In this document: piece by piece, positions 11,467-21,710 of the stretch
Position numbering within the stretch: the first letter of the stretch is position 1
Layout: each line of letters starts with the position of its first letter
Origin: an uncultured virus (IMG/VR IMGVR_UViG_3300042887_000846)
Lineage: Duplodnaviria > Heunggongvirae > Uroviricota > Caudoviricetes
Reading direction: 5' to 3' (one strand)
Virus record (IMG/VR): IMGVR_UViG_3300042887_000846
Length of the DNA: 56,828 nucleotides
The notes under the pieces: model-generated
Seen by the model: the letters and a program-made list of their open reading frames with translations, nothing else
Databases searched by the model: none
Told to the model about the DNA's origin: nothing
Program-made: the position numbers and the translations under genes

Positions 11467-14400
11467 ATGTCAATAATACTTAAAGAAGAATCAGCCAACA
11501 GCATACCGACACCGTCTTCAGGTAAGGCCACGCTTTTCATAGACGATTATGGTGTAATGTCTGTTAAGGACAGTGATGGAAACGTAAACACTTTCCCCAC
11601 AATATCTACTGCTAACACACAGGTATTATTTACTGACGGCACTGCTATTGGTGGTGACAACGATTTTGTATGGGACAAGAACAATAACGTATTAACGATT
11701 ACTGGTAACGTTGCTGCCACTAGAATCAAGACAGACAATCTTCTTTATGCTAACGGTAATCCATGGGACTTACAACTGCCTGGCGGCTCAAATTCACAGA
11801 TTCAGTTCAATGATTCAGATCAATTTGGTGGCTCCGGAGCATTCACGTTTGATAAAACAAGTAATGCTGTCATACTTCAAGGTAACTTAACAGCCGCTAA
11901 CGCTAATCTTGGTAATTTAGTATCAGCAAATTTTGTTACTGGTACATTGACTTCTAGTTCACAACCTAACGTCACAAGTGTAGGTACTTTGCAAGGACTA
12001 ACATTAGTTGCTAACGCACTAGTTACTACAAGCGGTGTAGACTCTGCTATTAGCGGAGCAAACTTAGTCAGCGCAACTTATTTGACTGGTACACTCACTA
12101 CTGCCGCGCAGCCAAATATCACTAGTATCGGTTCATTGTCAACATTATCTGTAACAGGTAATGCAAACGTTGGAAACATAGGTGGCAACAACGCAGTCTT
12201 CACTACAGTATCTGGCACATTATCAACCAATGCTCAACCAAACATCACAAGTCTTGGCACATTGTCAGGTCTAAATGTTAATGGAACTGTAACAGCAGTT
12301 GCATTTACTGCTAACACCGGCGTATTTACAGGTAATGGTAATGGTTTAAGTTCTATCGTTGGTGCTAACGTAACCGGTACGGTAGCAAATGCAACACATG
12401 CAAGCACAGCAAACACAGTAGTTGATGCGGCTCAGTCTAATATCACTAGTGTTGGTACATTGACTGGCTTGACAATGGCTGCAAACGCAGACATCACATT
12501 AAGCGGCGCAACATCAGAAGTAACAGGTGCTAACTTAGTTAGCGCAACTTATCTAGGCGGCACACTAACAACAGCCGCTCAACCGAATATCACAAGTATC
12601 GGCACATTAACAGGCTTGACTATCACAGGTAATGCTAGCGCAGGTAATGTTAACGCCGGTAATTTATTAACAGCGAACTTTGTAACCGGCACATTAACAA
12701 CGGCAGCACAACCTAACATCACTAGTGTTGGTACACTAACTAGTGCTACAGTTACAGGCAATGTCACTGCTGGTAATGTCTATGCTAACTCAGGCACGAT
12801 TGGTGCTTCATTATTGACTGGCACATTAACAACTGCCGCACAGCCAAATGTCACTAGCGTAGGCACATTGACATCATTAACAGTAACAGGAAACACTACA
12901 AGCGGCAACGTTTATGCTAATAGCGGCACCGTTGGCGCAAGTTTATTAACTGGCACATTAACAACAGCGGCTCAGCCTAACGTCACTAGCGTAGGCACAT
13001 TGACATCATTGACTGTCACTGGTACAGCGACAGCAGGTAGCGTGTTTGCTAACTCAGGTACTATAGGCGCAAGTTTATTAACTGGTACGTTAACAACGGC
13101 AGCACAGCCTAACATCACTAGTGTTGGTACACTCACATCTTTGACTGTCAGCGGTAATATCTCAGCAGGTAATATCACTGGTGGTGCATTAGCAAATGGC
13201 AACAGTAATGTAAATATTCCAGCCGTAGCCGGCAACGTAAACATCAGCGTTAACGGAACGGCTAACGTATTAGTTGTAACAGATACTGGTGCGAATGTAA
13301 CAGGCACATTGAATGCAACAGGTAATGCTAACGTAGGTAATTTAGGCACTGCTGGATTGATCACAGCAACGGGCAACGTTACTGGTGGTAATATCACAAC
13401 TGCTGGTCAATTAGTATCTTCAATAGCGACAGGTACTGCCCCATTAGTTGTATCATCAACTACTAAAGTAACAAATTTAAATGCTGATTTATTAGATGGT
13501 TATAGCACAGACTCAGCCGCAACAGCAAACACAGTAGTCATTCGTGACACAAACGGCAGTTTTAGTGCTAACATTGTAACTGCAAACCTAAGCGGTAATG
13601 CAACAACAGCAGGCACAGTAATCACGGCAGCACAGCCTAACATTACTAGTGTTGGTACATTGACATCATTAACAGTAACAGGAACAGCAACGGCAGGTAA
13701 CCTATCAACTGGCGGTACATTAAGTGTAACAGGTAATGCTAACGTTGGTAACTTAGGTACTGCCGGTCTAATCACAGCAACAGGTAACGTATCAGGTGGT
13801 AACTTAACTACAGCAGGTGACTTGAGCGTAACCGGCAATGCGAATACAGGTAACTTAGGTACAACTACCTTAATCGCAACTACTGGTAACATCACAACTA
13901 TCAATAGTGGATTGTTACAGAACGGTAATAGCAATATTGCAATCACTGCTAACGGAAACGTTTCAATTCAAGCAGCCGGTAGTACTGTTGAACTAGTAGT
14001 CACAAGCACTGGCGCAAACATATCAGGTACACTAAATGCAACAGGTAATGCCAATGTAGGTAATTTAGGTACTGCGCAAGTATTAGCAACAGCAAACGTA
14101 ACTGCTCCTCAATTGATCAGTAACGTATCAACAGGTACTGCTCCATTAGTAGTAACATCAACAACAAAAGTTGCCAATTTGAATGCTGACTTACTTGATG
14201 GCTATAGTACAGCGACAACAGCAACCGGAGATACAGTTGTAATTCGTGATATTAATGGAAGTTTCAGCGCAAATATCATCACAGCAACACTAAGCGGTGC
14301 GGCTACAACAGCAGGTACTGTAACAACTGCGGCTCAACCAAATATTACATCAGTTGGTACATTAAGTTCACTAACTGTAACCGGAAATGTAAGCGCAGGT

Positions 14401-17388
14401 AACGTAAGCGGTACATTACTAACAGGTACATTAGCAACTGCGGCACAACCAAACGTAACATCAGTTGGTACATTAACTGGATTAGGTGTAAATGGTAACA
14501 TTACCGCTGCTAATATCACAGCAAATACAGGGGTATTCACAGGCAATGGTAGTGGTTTATCACAACTAGCAGGTGGCAACGTAACTGGTCAAGTAGGTAA
14601 TGCTCTAGTGGCAGGCACAGTTTATACTAATGCTCAGCCAAATATTACTAGTGTTGGTACACTAAGTTCACTAGCAGTTACAGGAAACGTTGCAGCCGGT
14701 AACTTGACAACAACAGGTGTGTTGAGTGTAACTGGTACAGGTGTCAGCAGTATTGCTGGTAACCTAGACATGACTAGCAACACTATCATCAATCTTGCTA
14801 CACCAACAAACGCAAGTGATGCGGCAACTAAACAATATGTTGACGATCTAGCATCAACTGCTCTTGTATATCACGAAGGTGTCACAGCAGCCACAACTGG
14901 TACATTGGCTACTGCTACTGGCGGTACGATCACTTACAACAACGGTGCAAGTGGAGTAGGTGCAAACCTTGTCACTACTGGCTCATTCAATTTGATTGAT
15001 ACCGCTAACGTTCAAACAGTAGGAACTCGTATACTTGTCAAGAACGAAGCAAATGCGGCACATAATGGTATCTATACTTGGGCTAACGCAACTACAATCG
15101 TTCGTGCTTCTGATGCCGATGAATATGGTGTAGGAGCAGGAAGTTTAAGCCTCAACGATTACTTCTTTGTTTCAGGCGGTAGTGTCAACAAGGGTAGCGC
15201 ATATGTTCTAGACGCACCTAGTGGAACAATCACATTTGGTACTAGCAACATCACATTCGCACAGTTCAGTAGTTCGCAGGTTTATGCGGCAGGAACTGGT
15301 CTAACCCTAACTGGTACAACATTTAGTGTAAATGCTTCACAGACACAAGTTACAGCATTGGGCACAGTAACAACTGGTACTTGGAATAGTATTGTAGGTT
15401 CAAGCGCAACTTTCGCAGCAGGCTTGTCAGGTGCAAATCTAGCAAGCATCACTGGTGGTAACGTCAGTGGTCAAGTAGCAAATGCTCTAGTTGCTGGCAC
15501 AGTATATACGGCTGCACAACCAAACATCACTAGTGTTGGTACACTAACTGGATTAGGCGTAAACGGCACTGTTACTGCGGTAAACATCACAGCAAACACT
15601 GGTGTATTTACTGGTAACGGTAGCGGCTTAAGCGCAATCGCAGGTGCTAACGTAACAGGTACTGTGTCAAGTGCTACAACAGCAGGCACCGTAACAACTG
15701 CGGCTCAGCCGAATATCACAAGTGTTGGTACATTATCATCATTAGCAGTAACAGGTAATGCTTCAGCAGGTAACTTGAACACTGCGGGCGCAGTCGTAGC
15801 AAGCACATTGACTTCAAACGTAGCAACTGGTACTGCCCCACTAACAGTGTCAAGCACAACTCGCGTAGCAAACTTGAACGTAGCATACGCTAACGTCACA
15901 GATCATATCAATGTAACTACACAATCAAGTGGCAATGCTTACTTATTATTTGGTAATGCATTGACTGGTAACATTGCAGAAACAGCAAACGCAACATTCG
16001 TAGCAAATACAAGCAACGGTGCATTGTATGCAACTACATTTGTAGGTGCATTGAGCGGTGCGGCGACAAGTGCTACAACAGCAGGTACTGTAACAACTGC
16101 GGCACAACCAAACATCACATCAGTTGGCACATTATCATCATTAGGTGTTAATGGTACAGTAACAGCAGTAGCATTTACTGCTAACACTGGTGTATTCACT
16201 GGTAATGCTAACGGATTAAGCAGTGTACAGGCCGGTAACATTGTTGGAACAACATTAAGTTCAACAGTTGTAACTTCAAGTTTGACAACAGTTGGAACAT
16301 TAGGATCATTAGGTGTAAGTGGCAACATCACAGCAGCCAACATCACAGCAAATACAGGTATATTTGCAGGTAATGGTAGCGGCTTAACAGCACTAAATGC
16401 AAGCAATATTTCAACTGGCACTCTTGCTCAAGCAAGATTAGCAAATGCTAGCGTGACATTAGGTAGCACTGCATTGACATTAGGTTCAACAGTAACAACT
16501 GTTGCTGGTCTATCAAGTGTGACATCAACAACGTTTGTTGGAACATTGTCAGGTGCCGCTACAACAGCAGGTACTGTAACGACTGCGGCTCAACCTAACA
16601 TCACTAGCGTAGGTACCCTATCTGGATTGACTGTATCAAGCACTATCAGTGGTTCAGTAAGTGGATCAGCCGCGACAGTAACAACTGCGGCACAACCCAA
16701 TATCACTAGTGTTGGTACGTTGACATCATTGACTGTAAGCGGTGCCGCAAACATACAATCAACTACTGCGGCAACAAGCACTACAACAGGTGCATTGATC
16801 GTAGCAGGTGGTATAGGTGCTAATGCAAATAGTTACTTCAGTAACTTTAGCGTTAAATCAAATATCGCTTACGTATCACCAAACGGTGCAAACACTATCA
16901 ACAGTCAGATGTTGAATGGTGGTACACTAGCATGGTCAGGTAACGCAGGTCAGTTATTCAGCATCACTGATAGCATGTCTGGTAACATCTTCAGCGTGAA
17001 CGATGTTTCTGGCATACCAATGATCACAGTAAGTGATACTGGTACTATCAATCTTGCCCCAAGCGGCGGCTTTGTAGCATTTGGTGTAAGCACAGGCATC
17101 AGCGCAGCAGGTTCAACACAGGGTACTGCAACTGCATTGACTCGTCCAATCAACGTAGTCAGCACAGTAAGTTCAGGTCAAGGTGTTGTCATGCCAACAA
17201 CTACTGCTGGTATGAGAATAGTCATCATCAATACTAGCGCAACAGCATTGAATGTGTACCCTGCTACAGGTGGTGCTATTAACGCCGGCGCGACAAACGC
17301 AGCCTACTCACTAGCAGCAGGCGGCAGACTTGAATTCGTAGCAACATCAACAACACAATGGTACACTCTAAGCGCAACATATGCGTAA
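11467..17388 (+). CDS. Very long tail-fibre-like protein (1973 aa)
   Basis: About 18 copies of (A)AQPN(I/V)TS(V/I/L)GTL, plus DAATKQYVD and RILVKNE..HNGIY modules. Confidence 0.8.
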   Translation: MSIILKEESANSIPTPSSGKATLFIDDYGVMSVKDSDGNVNTFPTISTANTQVLFTDGTAIGGDNDFVWDKNNNVLTITGNVAATRIKTDNLLYANGNPWDLQLPGGSNSQIQFNDSDQFGGSGAFTFDKTSNAVILQGNLTAANANLGNLVSANFVTGTLTSSSQPNVTSVGTLQGLTLVANALVTTSGVDSAISGANLVSATYLTGTLTTAAQPNITSIGSLSTLSVTGNANVGNIGGNNAVFTTVSGTLSTNAQPNITSLGTLSGLNVNGTVTAVAFTANTGVFTGNGNGLSSIVGANVTGTVANATHASTANTVVDAAQSNITSVGTLTGLTMAANADITLSGATSEVTGANLVSATYLGGTLTTAAQPNITSIGTLTGLTITGNASAGNVNAGNLLTANFVTGTLTTAAQPNITSVGTLTSATVTGNVTAGNVYANSGTIGASLLTGTLTTAAQPNVTSVGTLTSLTVTGNTTSGNVYANSGTVGASLLTGTLTTAAQPNVTSVGTLTSLTVTGTATAGSVFANSGTIGASLLTGTLTTAAQPNITSVGTLTSLTVSGNISAGNITGGALANGNSNVNIPAVAGNVNISVNGTANVLVVTDTGANVTGTLNATGNANVGNLGTAGLITATGNVTGGNITTAGQLVSSIATGTAPLVVSSTTKVTNLNADLLDGYSTDSAATANTVVIRDTNGSFSANIVTANLSGNATTAGTVITAAQPNITSVGTLTSLTVTGTATAGNLSTGGTLSVTGNANVGNLGTAGLITATGNVSGGNLTTAGDLSVTGNANTGNLGTTTLIATTGNITTINSGLLQNGNSNIAITANGNVSIQAAGSTVELVVTSTGANISGTLNATGNANVGNLGTAQVLATANVTAPQLISNVSTGTAPLVVTSTTKVANLNADLLDGYSTATTATGDTVVIRDINGSFSANIITATLSGAATTAGTVTTAAQPNITSVGTLSSLTVTGNVSAGNVSGTLLTGTLATAAQPNVTSVGTLTGLGVNGNITAANITANTGVFTGNGSGLSQLAGGNVTGQVGNALVAGTVYTNAQPNITSVGTLSSLAVTGNVAAGNLTTTGVLSVTGTGVSSIAGNLDMTSNTIINLATPTNASDAATKQYVDDLASTALVYHEGVTAATTGTLATATGGTITYNNGASGVGANLVTTGSFNLIDTANVQTVGTRILVKNEANAAHNGIYTWANATTIVRASDADEYGVGAGSLSLNDYFFVSGGSVNKGSAYVLDAPSGTITFGTSNITFAQFSSSQVYAAGTGLTLTGTTFSVNASQTQVTALGTVTTGTWNSIVGSSATFAAGLSGANLASITGGNVSGQVANALVAGTVYTAAQPNITSVGTLTGLGVNGTVTAVNITANTGVFTGNGSGLSAIAGANVTGTVSSATTAGTVTTAAQPNITSVGTLSSLAVTGNASAGNLNTAGAVVASTLTSNVATGTAPLTVSSTTRVANLNVAYANVTDHINVTTQSSGNAYLLFGNALTGNIAETANATFVANTSNGALYATTFVGALSGAATSATTAGTVTTAAQPNITSVGTLSSLGVNGTVTAVAFTANTGVFTGNANGLSSVQAGNIVGTTLSSTVVTSSLTTVGTLGSLGVSGNITAANITANTGIFAGNGSGLTALNASNISTGTLAQARLANASVTLGSTALTLGSTVTTVAGLSSVTSTTFVGTLSGAATTAGTVTTAAQPNITSVGTLSGLTVSSTISGSVSGSAATVTTAAQPNITSVGTLTSLTVSGAANIQSTTAATSTTTGALIVAGGIGANANSYFSNFSVKSNIAYVSPNGANTINSQMLNGGTLAWSGNAGQLFSITDSMSGNIFSVNDVSGIPMITVSDTGTINLAPSGGFVAFGVSTGISAAGSTQGTATALTRPINVVSTVSSGQGVVMPTTTAGMRIVIINTSATALNVYPATGGAINAGATNAAYSLAAGGRLEFVATSTTQWYTLSATYA

Positions 17389-17400
17389 AGGAGATACACA

Positions 17401-18084
17401 TTGTCAATTGGTTACAATCCAAGCATAGCGACTACAGGCTTAGTACTAAATCTGGATGCGGGCAACAAACGCAGTTATCCGGGTTCAGGAACACTATGGA
17501 GTGATGCATCAACCACAGGTGGAAACGACGGGACATTAGTTAATGGCCCAGTGTATAGTAGCACCAATGGAGGCTATCTAGACTTTGACGGCGTTGATGA
17601 TTATACTTCAAGCACTAGCACTTCTACTACAGATTTGACCGGCACTATGACTTGCGAATGCTGGTTCAAGTTAGATGCTACAGCAAGCGATTGGGTTAGA
17701 GTGTTTGGCAAGGGTGATAGCACTAACAGAACATATGGATTATGGTATAATACAGGATCAAGTATCTTGCTATATCAACGTTACGGAACCAGTAATTTTG
17801 GGGTCACGTACTCTGCTACAGTAAACACCGGCGTTTGGTATCAGATGGTAGGAGTGAGCAATGGTACCGCACAAGCATTATATCTGAATGGAGTATCAGT
17901 AGGGTCTCTGACCAGTGGTTCAGCAACATTTTTTAGTAGTAGTGAAGGTTATAGAGTGGGCGGTGCAAACTTTCATACATATCATAACGGGCCTATTTCA
18001 ATAGTGAGATTATATAATGCCGCACTCACCGCAGACCAAGTATTACAAAACTTCAACGCCACGCGTGGGAGATATAGCATCTAA
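17401..18084 (+). CDS. LamG/ConA-like lectin-domain protein, copy 1 (TTG start)
   Basis: SD AAGGAG. Motifs LDAGNKRSYPGSG, FDGVDDY, LYLNG and QNFNATRGRY. Confidence 0.85.
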   Translation: MSIGYNPSIATTGLVLNLDAGNKRSYPGSGTLWSDASTTGGNDGTLVNGPVYSSTNGGYLDFDGVDDYTSSTSTSTTDLTGTMTCECWFKLDATASDWVRVFGKGDSTNRTYGLWYNTGSSILLYQRYGTSNFGVTYSATVNTGVWYQMVGVSNGTAQALYLNGVSVGSLTSGSATFFSSSEGYRVGGANFHTYHNGPISIVRLYNAALTADQVLQNFNATRGRYSI

Positions 18085-18106
18085 ATAGATATAAGGAGAC
18101 AGAACA

Positions 18107-18379
18107 ATGGTAACAGAAAACAACGGATTGACATATGTGATATTCAATGTGTCAGAACTAGATCAGATAGATTTCAATCAGGTATTACAGACATCGGCTG
18201 AAACATGCCGTCGTAGCGTAGATGGATTGCAAACACTAGTCAAGTGGTATTCACACACAGGAGTTCCTTCATGTGTGCAGTCATTGACTACTAAGGGTCC
18301 ATATATGACACACGATGAGACACTGGAAGTCATGTCAACACCTGCTTGGACAGAACCAGTAGACCCAGAGAATCCATAA
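18107..18379 (+). CDS. Hypothetical protein within the LamG array
   Basis: Strong SD AAGGAG, with CTAAATA upstream. Confidence 0.7.
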   Translation: MVTENNGLTYVIFNVSELDQIDFNQVLQTSAETCRRSVDGLQTLVKWYSHTGVPSCVQSLTTKGPYMTHDETLEVMSTPAWTEPVDPENP

Positions 18380-19026
18380 TGGCATTACAACATAATCCAT
18401 CTATAGTGACATCAGGATTGATAGCATGTTTTGATCCTGCAAATCCTAGAACTTATTCAGGAAGCGGCACTACAATATACGATGCTAGCGGCAATGGCTA
18501 TACTGGCACGTTAGTCAACGGAGTCACATATACCACAAGCAACGGTGGTCTATTCGTACTAGATGGAACAGATGATTATATCGATATACCTATCAATCTA
18601 TCTACGACAAATTATACAATAATGGGAGTATCAAGATACATAGGCGCAACCGGTAGAAATCGTACATTCTCAGCAAAAAATAACAACTGGCTCATGGGAC
18701 ATTGGAGCGGAACAACGGAGAATCATTATGCTGAAGGTTGGGTGACAGCGGTAGGGGCAGGCCCCGGTGACAATAACTGGCGTATCTATGCGGCTTCAGG
18801 AAATATTTCAGGAGACAGTTATAATTTTTATGTCAACGGAGTTTTAAATACAGGTCCAAGCACAGGTGGCTCTGCCGGACCAAATGGATTTGCTATAGGA
18901 TCATATGCAGGTAGTAGCGAGTTTTCAAACGCACAGATAGGATTCATGCTAGTATACAACACAGTTTTGACGGCTGCACAGATCGCACAAAACTTCAATG
19001 CTTATCGCGGGAGATACGGAATCTAA
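18379..19026 (+). CDS. LamG-like protein, copy 2 (start moved to MALQHNP)
   Basis: Same N- and C-terminal signature as the paralogues. TAATG overlap with the previous gene. Confidence 0.85.
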   Translation: MALQHNPSIVTSGLIACFDPANPRTYSGSGTTIYDASGNGYTGTLVNGVTYTTSNGGLFVLDGTDDYIDIPINLSTTNYTIMGVSRYIGATGRNRTFSAKNNNWLMGHWSGTTENHYAEGWVTAVGAGPGDNNWRIYAASGNISGDSYNFYVNGVLNTGPSTGGSAGPNGFAIGSYAGSSEFSNAQIGFMLVYNTVLTAAQIAQNFNAYRGRYGI

Positions 19027-19028
19027 TC

Positions 19029-19682
19029 ATGGCACTAGGACACAATCCATCAATAGCGACATCAGGATTATTATTCTGTGTAGATGCGGCCAATCAACGC
19101 AGTTATCCAGGTAGCGGTACATCATGGGCACAACTTGTTGGAAATACTAATACAGGTGTATTAACCAACGGATCAACTTACAGCAGTTCAAATTTAGGAT
19201 CGATAGTATTTGACGGTGTTGATGATTATGTAGATTTTTCAGGCAATTTAGGCACTATGGCAAATTATACCATAATGTACTGGGCATATAGAAGTGCAGA
19301 AAATAGAATGCCTGTTGCTGGCAGGACAAGTACAGCATTTTATTGGTATGGAGACAACAGTTGGGCATACACTCACGGCGGTGTATGGGGTGAATACTAT
19401 TATTCTAAGCCTACAAGCATACCATTAAACACTTGGGGATGCTATTGTGTAGTTTATAATGGTAGTAATGTTTCAATATATCGTCAAGGTGTATATCAAG
19501 GACAGCAATCAACAACAGGTACAGCAGATTGGAGCCAAGGTTTGCGAGTAGGTTACTGGTCAGCAGGTGGCGGCTACGCATGGCAAGGTAATATATCAGA
19601 TGTCATGATGTATAATGTAGCATTAACCGCAGATCAAGTGACGCAAAATTTTAATGCACTACGCGGAAGATATGGTATATGA
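19029..19682 (+). CDS. LamG-like protein, copy 3
   Basis: MALGHNPSIATSGL...QNFNALRGRYGI. Confidence 0.85.
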   Translation: MALGHNPSIATSGLLFCVDAANQRSYPGSGTSWAQLVGNTNTGVLTNGSTYSSSNLGSIVFDGVDDYVDFSGNLGTMANYTIMYWAYRSAENRMPVAGRTSTAFYWYGDNSWAYTHGGVWGEYYYSKPTSIPLNTWGCYCVVYNGSNVSIYRQGVYQGQQSTTGTADWSQGLRVGYWSAGGGYAWQGNISDVMMYNVALTADQVTQNFNALRGRYGI

Positions 19683-20359
19683 GCATAGGCTATAATCCAT
19701 CAATAGCGACATCAGGATTAATACTCTGTATTGATTCTTATAACGCACGATGCTATAATGGTAGTGGCAGCACGGCTATCGATGTAAGCGGTAATAACAA
19801 CAATATGACTATTGGTGGAAGCCCTACATATTCTGCTACACAAGGGTGGACCTTCACCAATGGCTCTACTGCTAACTATATGATCAAAAATCCTATATCT
19901 ATGCCTACAACTACATTGAGTTATGAGATATGGTGTAAAACTACAGTTGGTGGAACAGGAATAATAAGTTATGCAAGTTCTGCGGCTGACAATGATTTTC
20001 TTATGTTTGATCCTAGTAATTTAGGATTATATGTAGGAGTAACAGCAGTAGCATCAGGTGTAAGTATAAATGATGGCAATTGGAAACAAGTTGTCAGAAC
20101 AAGCAACAGAACTACTGGGGCCGAAACATTATATGTTAATGGTGTAAGTCAGTATACTGGTACTTTAAGTGCTGGTACATTAATCGCTACAGGTGGTGCG
20201 TTAGTACTTGCGCAAGAACAAGATAGTATTGGTGGTAGTTTTGATCCCAACCAAGCATTCGGTGGAAACATTGCTTTATTTCGATTATACAATGCAGTGT
20301 TAACAGCAGATCAAGTACTTCAAAATTTTAACGCAACACGCGGGAGATATGGTATATGA
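19679..20359 (+). CDS. LamG/pentraxin-like protein, copy 4
   Basis: Paralogue signature, plus the pentraxin-like segment LVLAQEQDSIGGSFD. Confidence 0.85.
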   Translation: MSIGYNPSIATSGLILCIDSYNARCYNGSGSTAIDVSGNNNNMTIGGSPTYSATQGWTFTNGSTANYMIKNPISMPTTTLSYEIWCKTTVGGTGIISYASSAADNDFLMFDPSNLGLYVGVTAVASGVSINDGNWKQVVRTSNRTTGAETLYVNGVSQYTGTLSAGTLIATGGALVLAQEQDSIGGSFDPNQAFGGNIALFRLYNAVLTADQVLQNFNATRGRYGI

Positions 20360-21039
20360 GCATAGGCTATAATCCATCAATTGTCACATCAGGCTTAGTC
20401 CTGTGTGTTGACGCCGGTAACCCTAGAAGTTATTCCGGCAGTGGAACAGCATGGAATGACGCTACCACTTCGGGATTTAATTATACTCTTACAAATAGTC
20501 CAACTTATACAAGTGGTACTAGTGGATTTTTTACTTTTGATGGAGTAAATGATTATGCTACTGCAAGTAATAATACAGCACTAGATACACAAACTCCAAG
20601 TGTTGAAGTATGGGTTAAGACAAACGCTACTACGCAAAATGGTTTTTGGTTTGAGAAGGGTACAGTTAACACGCAATATAGTTTATTCCAAGAAGGTGCA
20701 GTAATACAATGGCGTCAATTTTTTAGTTCTGGTCAAGGATTAACCAATCTTTCTACAACTACTGCAACGTATATGAATACCAGCAATTGGTACCAAATCG
20801 TAGGTACATTCACTTCGGGTAGTAGAATACTTTATATTAACGGTGTGCAAGTCAATTCAGACAGTCAAGCCGGAACAATATCAACAAATACCGGTGGTCA
20901 ATGGATTGGAGTATATGGTGGCGCTGCCGGCTATTTTTATAATGGTTCATTATCTATTTGCAGAGTTTATAATCGTGTATTGACTGCCGCGGAAATATTA
21001 CAAAACTTCAACGCGCAACGCGGGAGATATGGAATCTAA
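20356..21039 (+). CDS. LamG-like protein, copy 5
   Basis: Paralogue signature with FDGVNDY and LYING. Confidence 0.85.
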   Translation: MSIGYNPSIVTSGLVLCVDAGNPRSYSGSGTAWNDATTSGFNYTLTNSPTYTSGTSGFFTFDGVNDYATASNNTALDTQTPSVEVWVKTNATTQNGFWFEKGTVNTQYSLFQEGAVIQWRQFFSSGQGLTNLSTTTATYMNTSNWYQIVGTFTSGSRILYINGVQVNSDSQAGTISTNTGGQWIGVYGGAAGYFYNGSLSICRVYNRVLTAAEILQNFNAQRGRYGI

Positions 21040-21041
21040 TC

Positions 21042-21710
21042 ATGGCACTAGGACATAACCCATCAATAGCGACATCAGGGTTAGTACTATGCCTAGACGC
21101 AGCCAATCCGCGTAGTTATCCAGGTAGCGGTACTAATTGGGCTGATGCTATGGGAAGCACAACTAAAGGTACATTGACCAACAGTCCTACGTATAGTGCT
21201 ACTAATAATGGTGGATTAATATTTGACGGTATTGATGATTATGTAGAACTTAATACAACTAATATAGTTACTGGTACTAATCCTTTTACTGTTGAATGTT
21301 GGTATAATCTAGTATCAGGAGCATATGGAGAATTGTTTGGTAATTACGGCACAGGATATACTACAAACTATTTATGGGTAGCAACATTAGGTTTTTATAT
21401 AAGTGGTAGTTGTTATGTACCTAACTATGCTACTGCTACGCAAGGTATACATTGTGTAACTTGTACTAGAGATGGTAGTGGCAATTGTGTCACATATCTT
21501 GACGGTGTTTCAGTTGCAACGGCATCACTAGGGGGAAGTGTTCCTGCAGGCCCAAACTTTAGAATAGGTGCAGATACAAATACCAATGGCGGAGTTGGCC
21601 CGGAACAACTTAATGGTAGAATTTACAATCTTAAAGTTTATAATGTTGCATTAACTGCCATACAAGTAGCACAAAACTTTAATGCAATGCGCGGGAGATT
21701 TGGTATATGA
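21042..21710 (+). CDS. LamG-like protein, copy 6
   Basis: Paralogue signature. Confidence 0.85.
   Translation: MALGHNPSIATSGLVLCLDAANPRSYPGSGTNWADAMGSTTKGTLTNSPTYSATNNGGLIFDGIDDYVELNTTNIVTGTNPFTVECWYNLVSGAYGELFGNYGTGYTTNYLWVATLGFYISGSCYVPNYATATQGIHCVTCTRDGSGNCVTYLDGVSVATASLGGSVPAGPNFRIGADTNTNGGVGPEQLNGRIYNLKVYNVALTAIQVAQNFNAMRGRFGI

Noticed and set aside
6092..17165. Many minus-strand ORFs opposite the fibre genes
   Set aside because: They are antisense shadows of codon-biased repetitive genes (L/P/V/T-rich, no SD) and lie fully inside long plus-strand CDSs.
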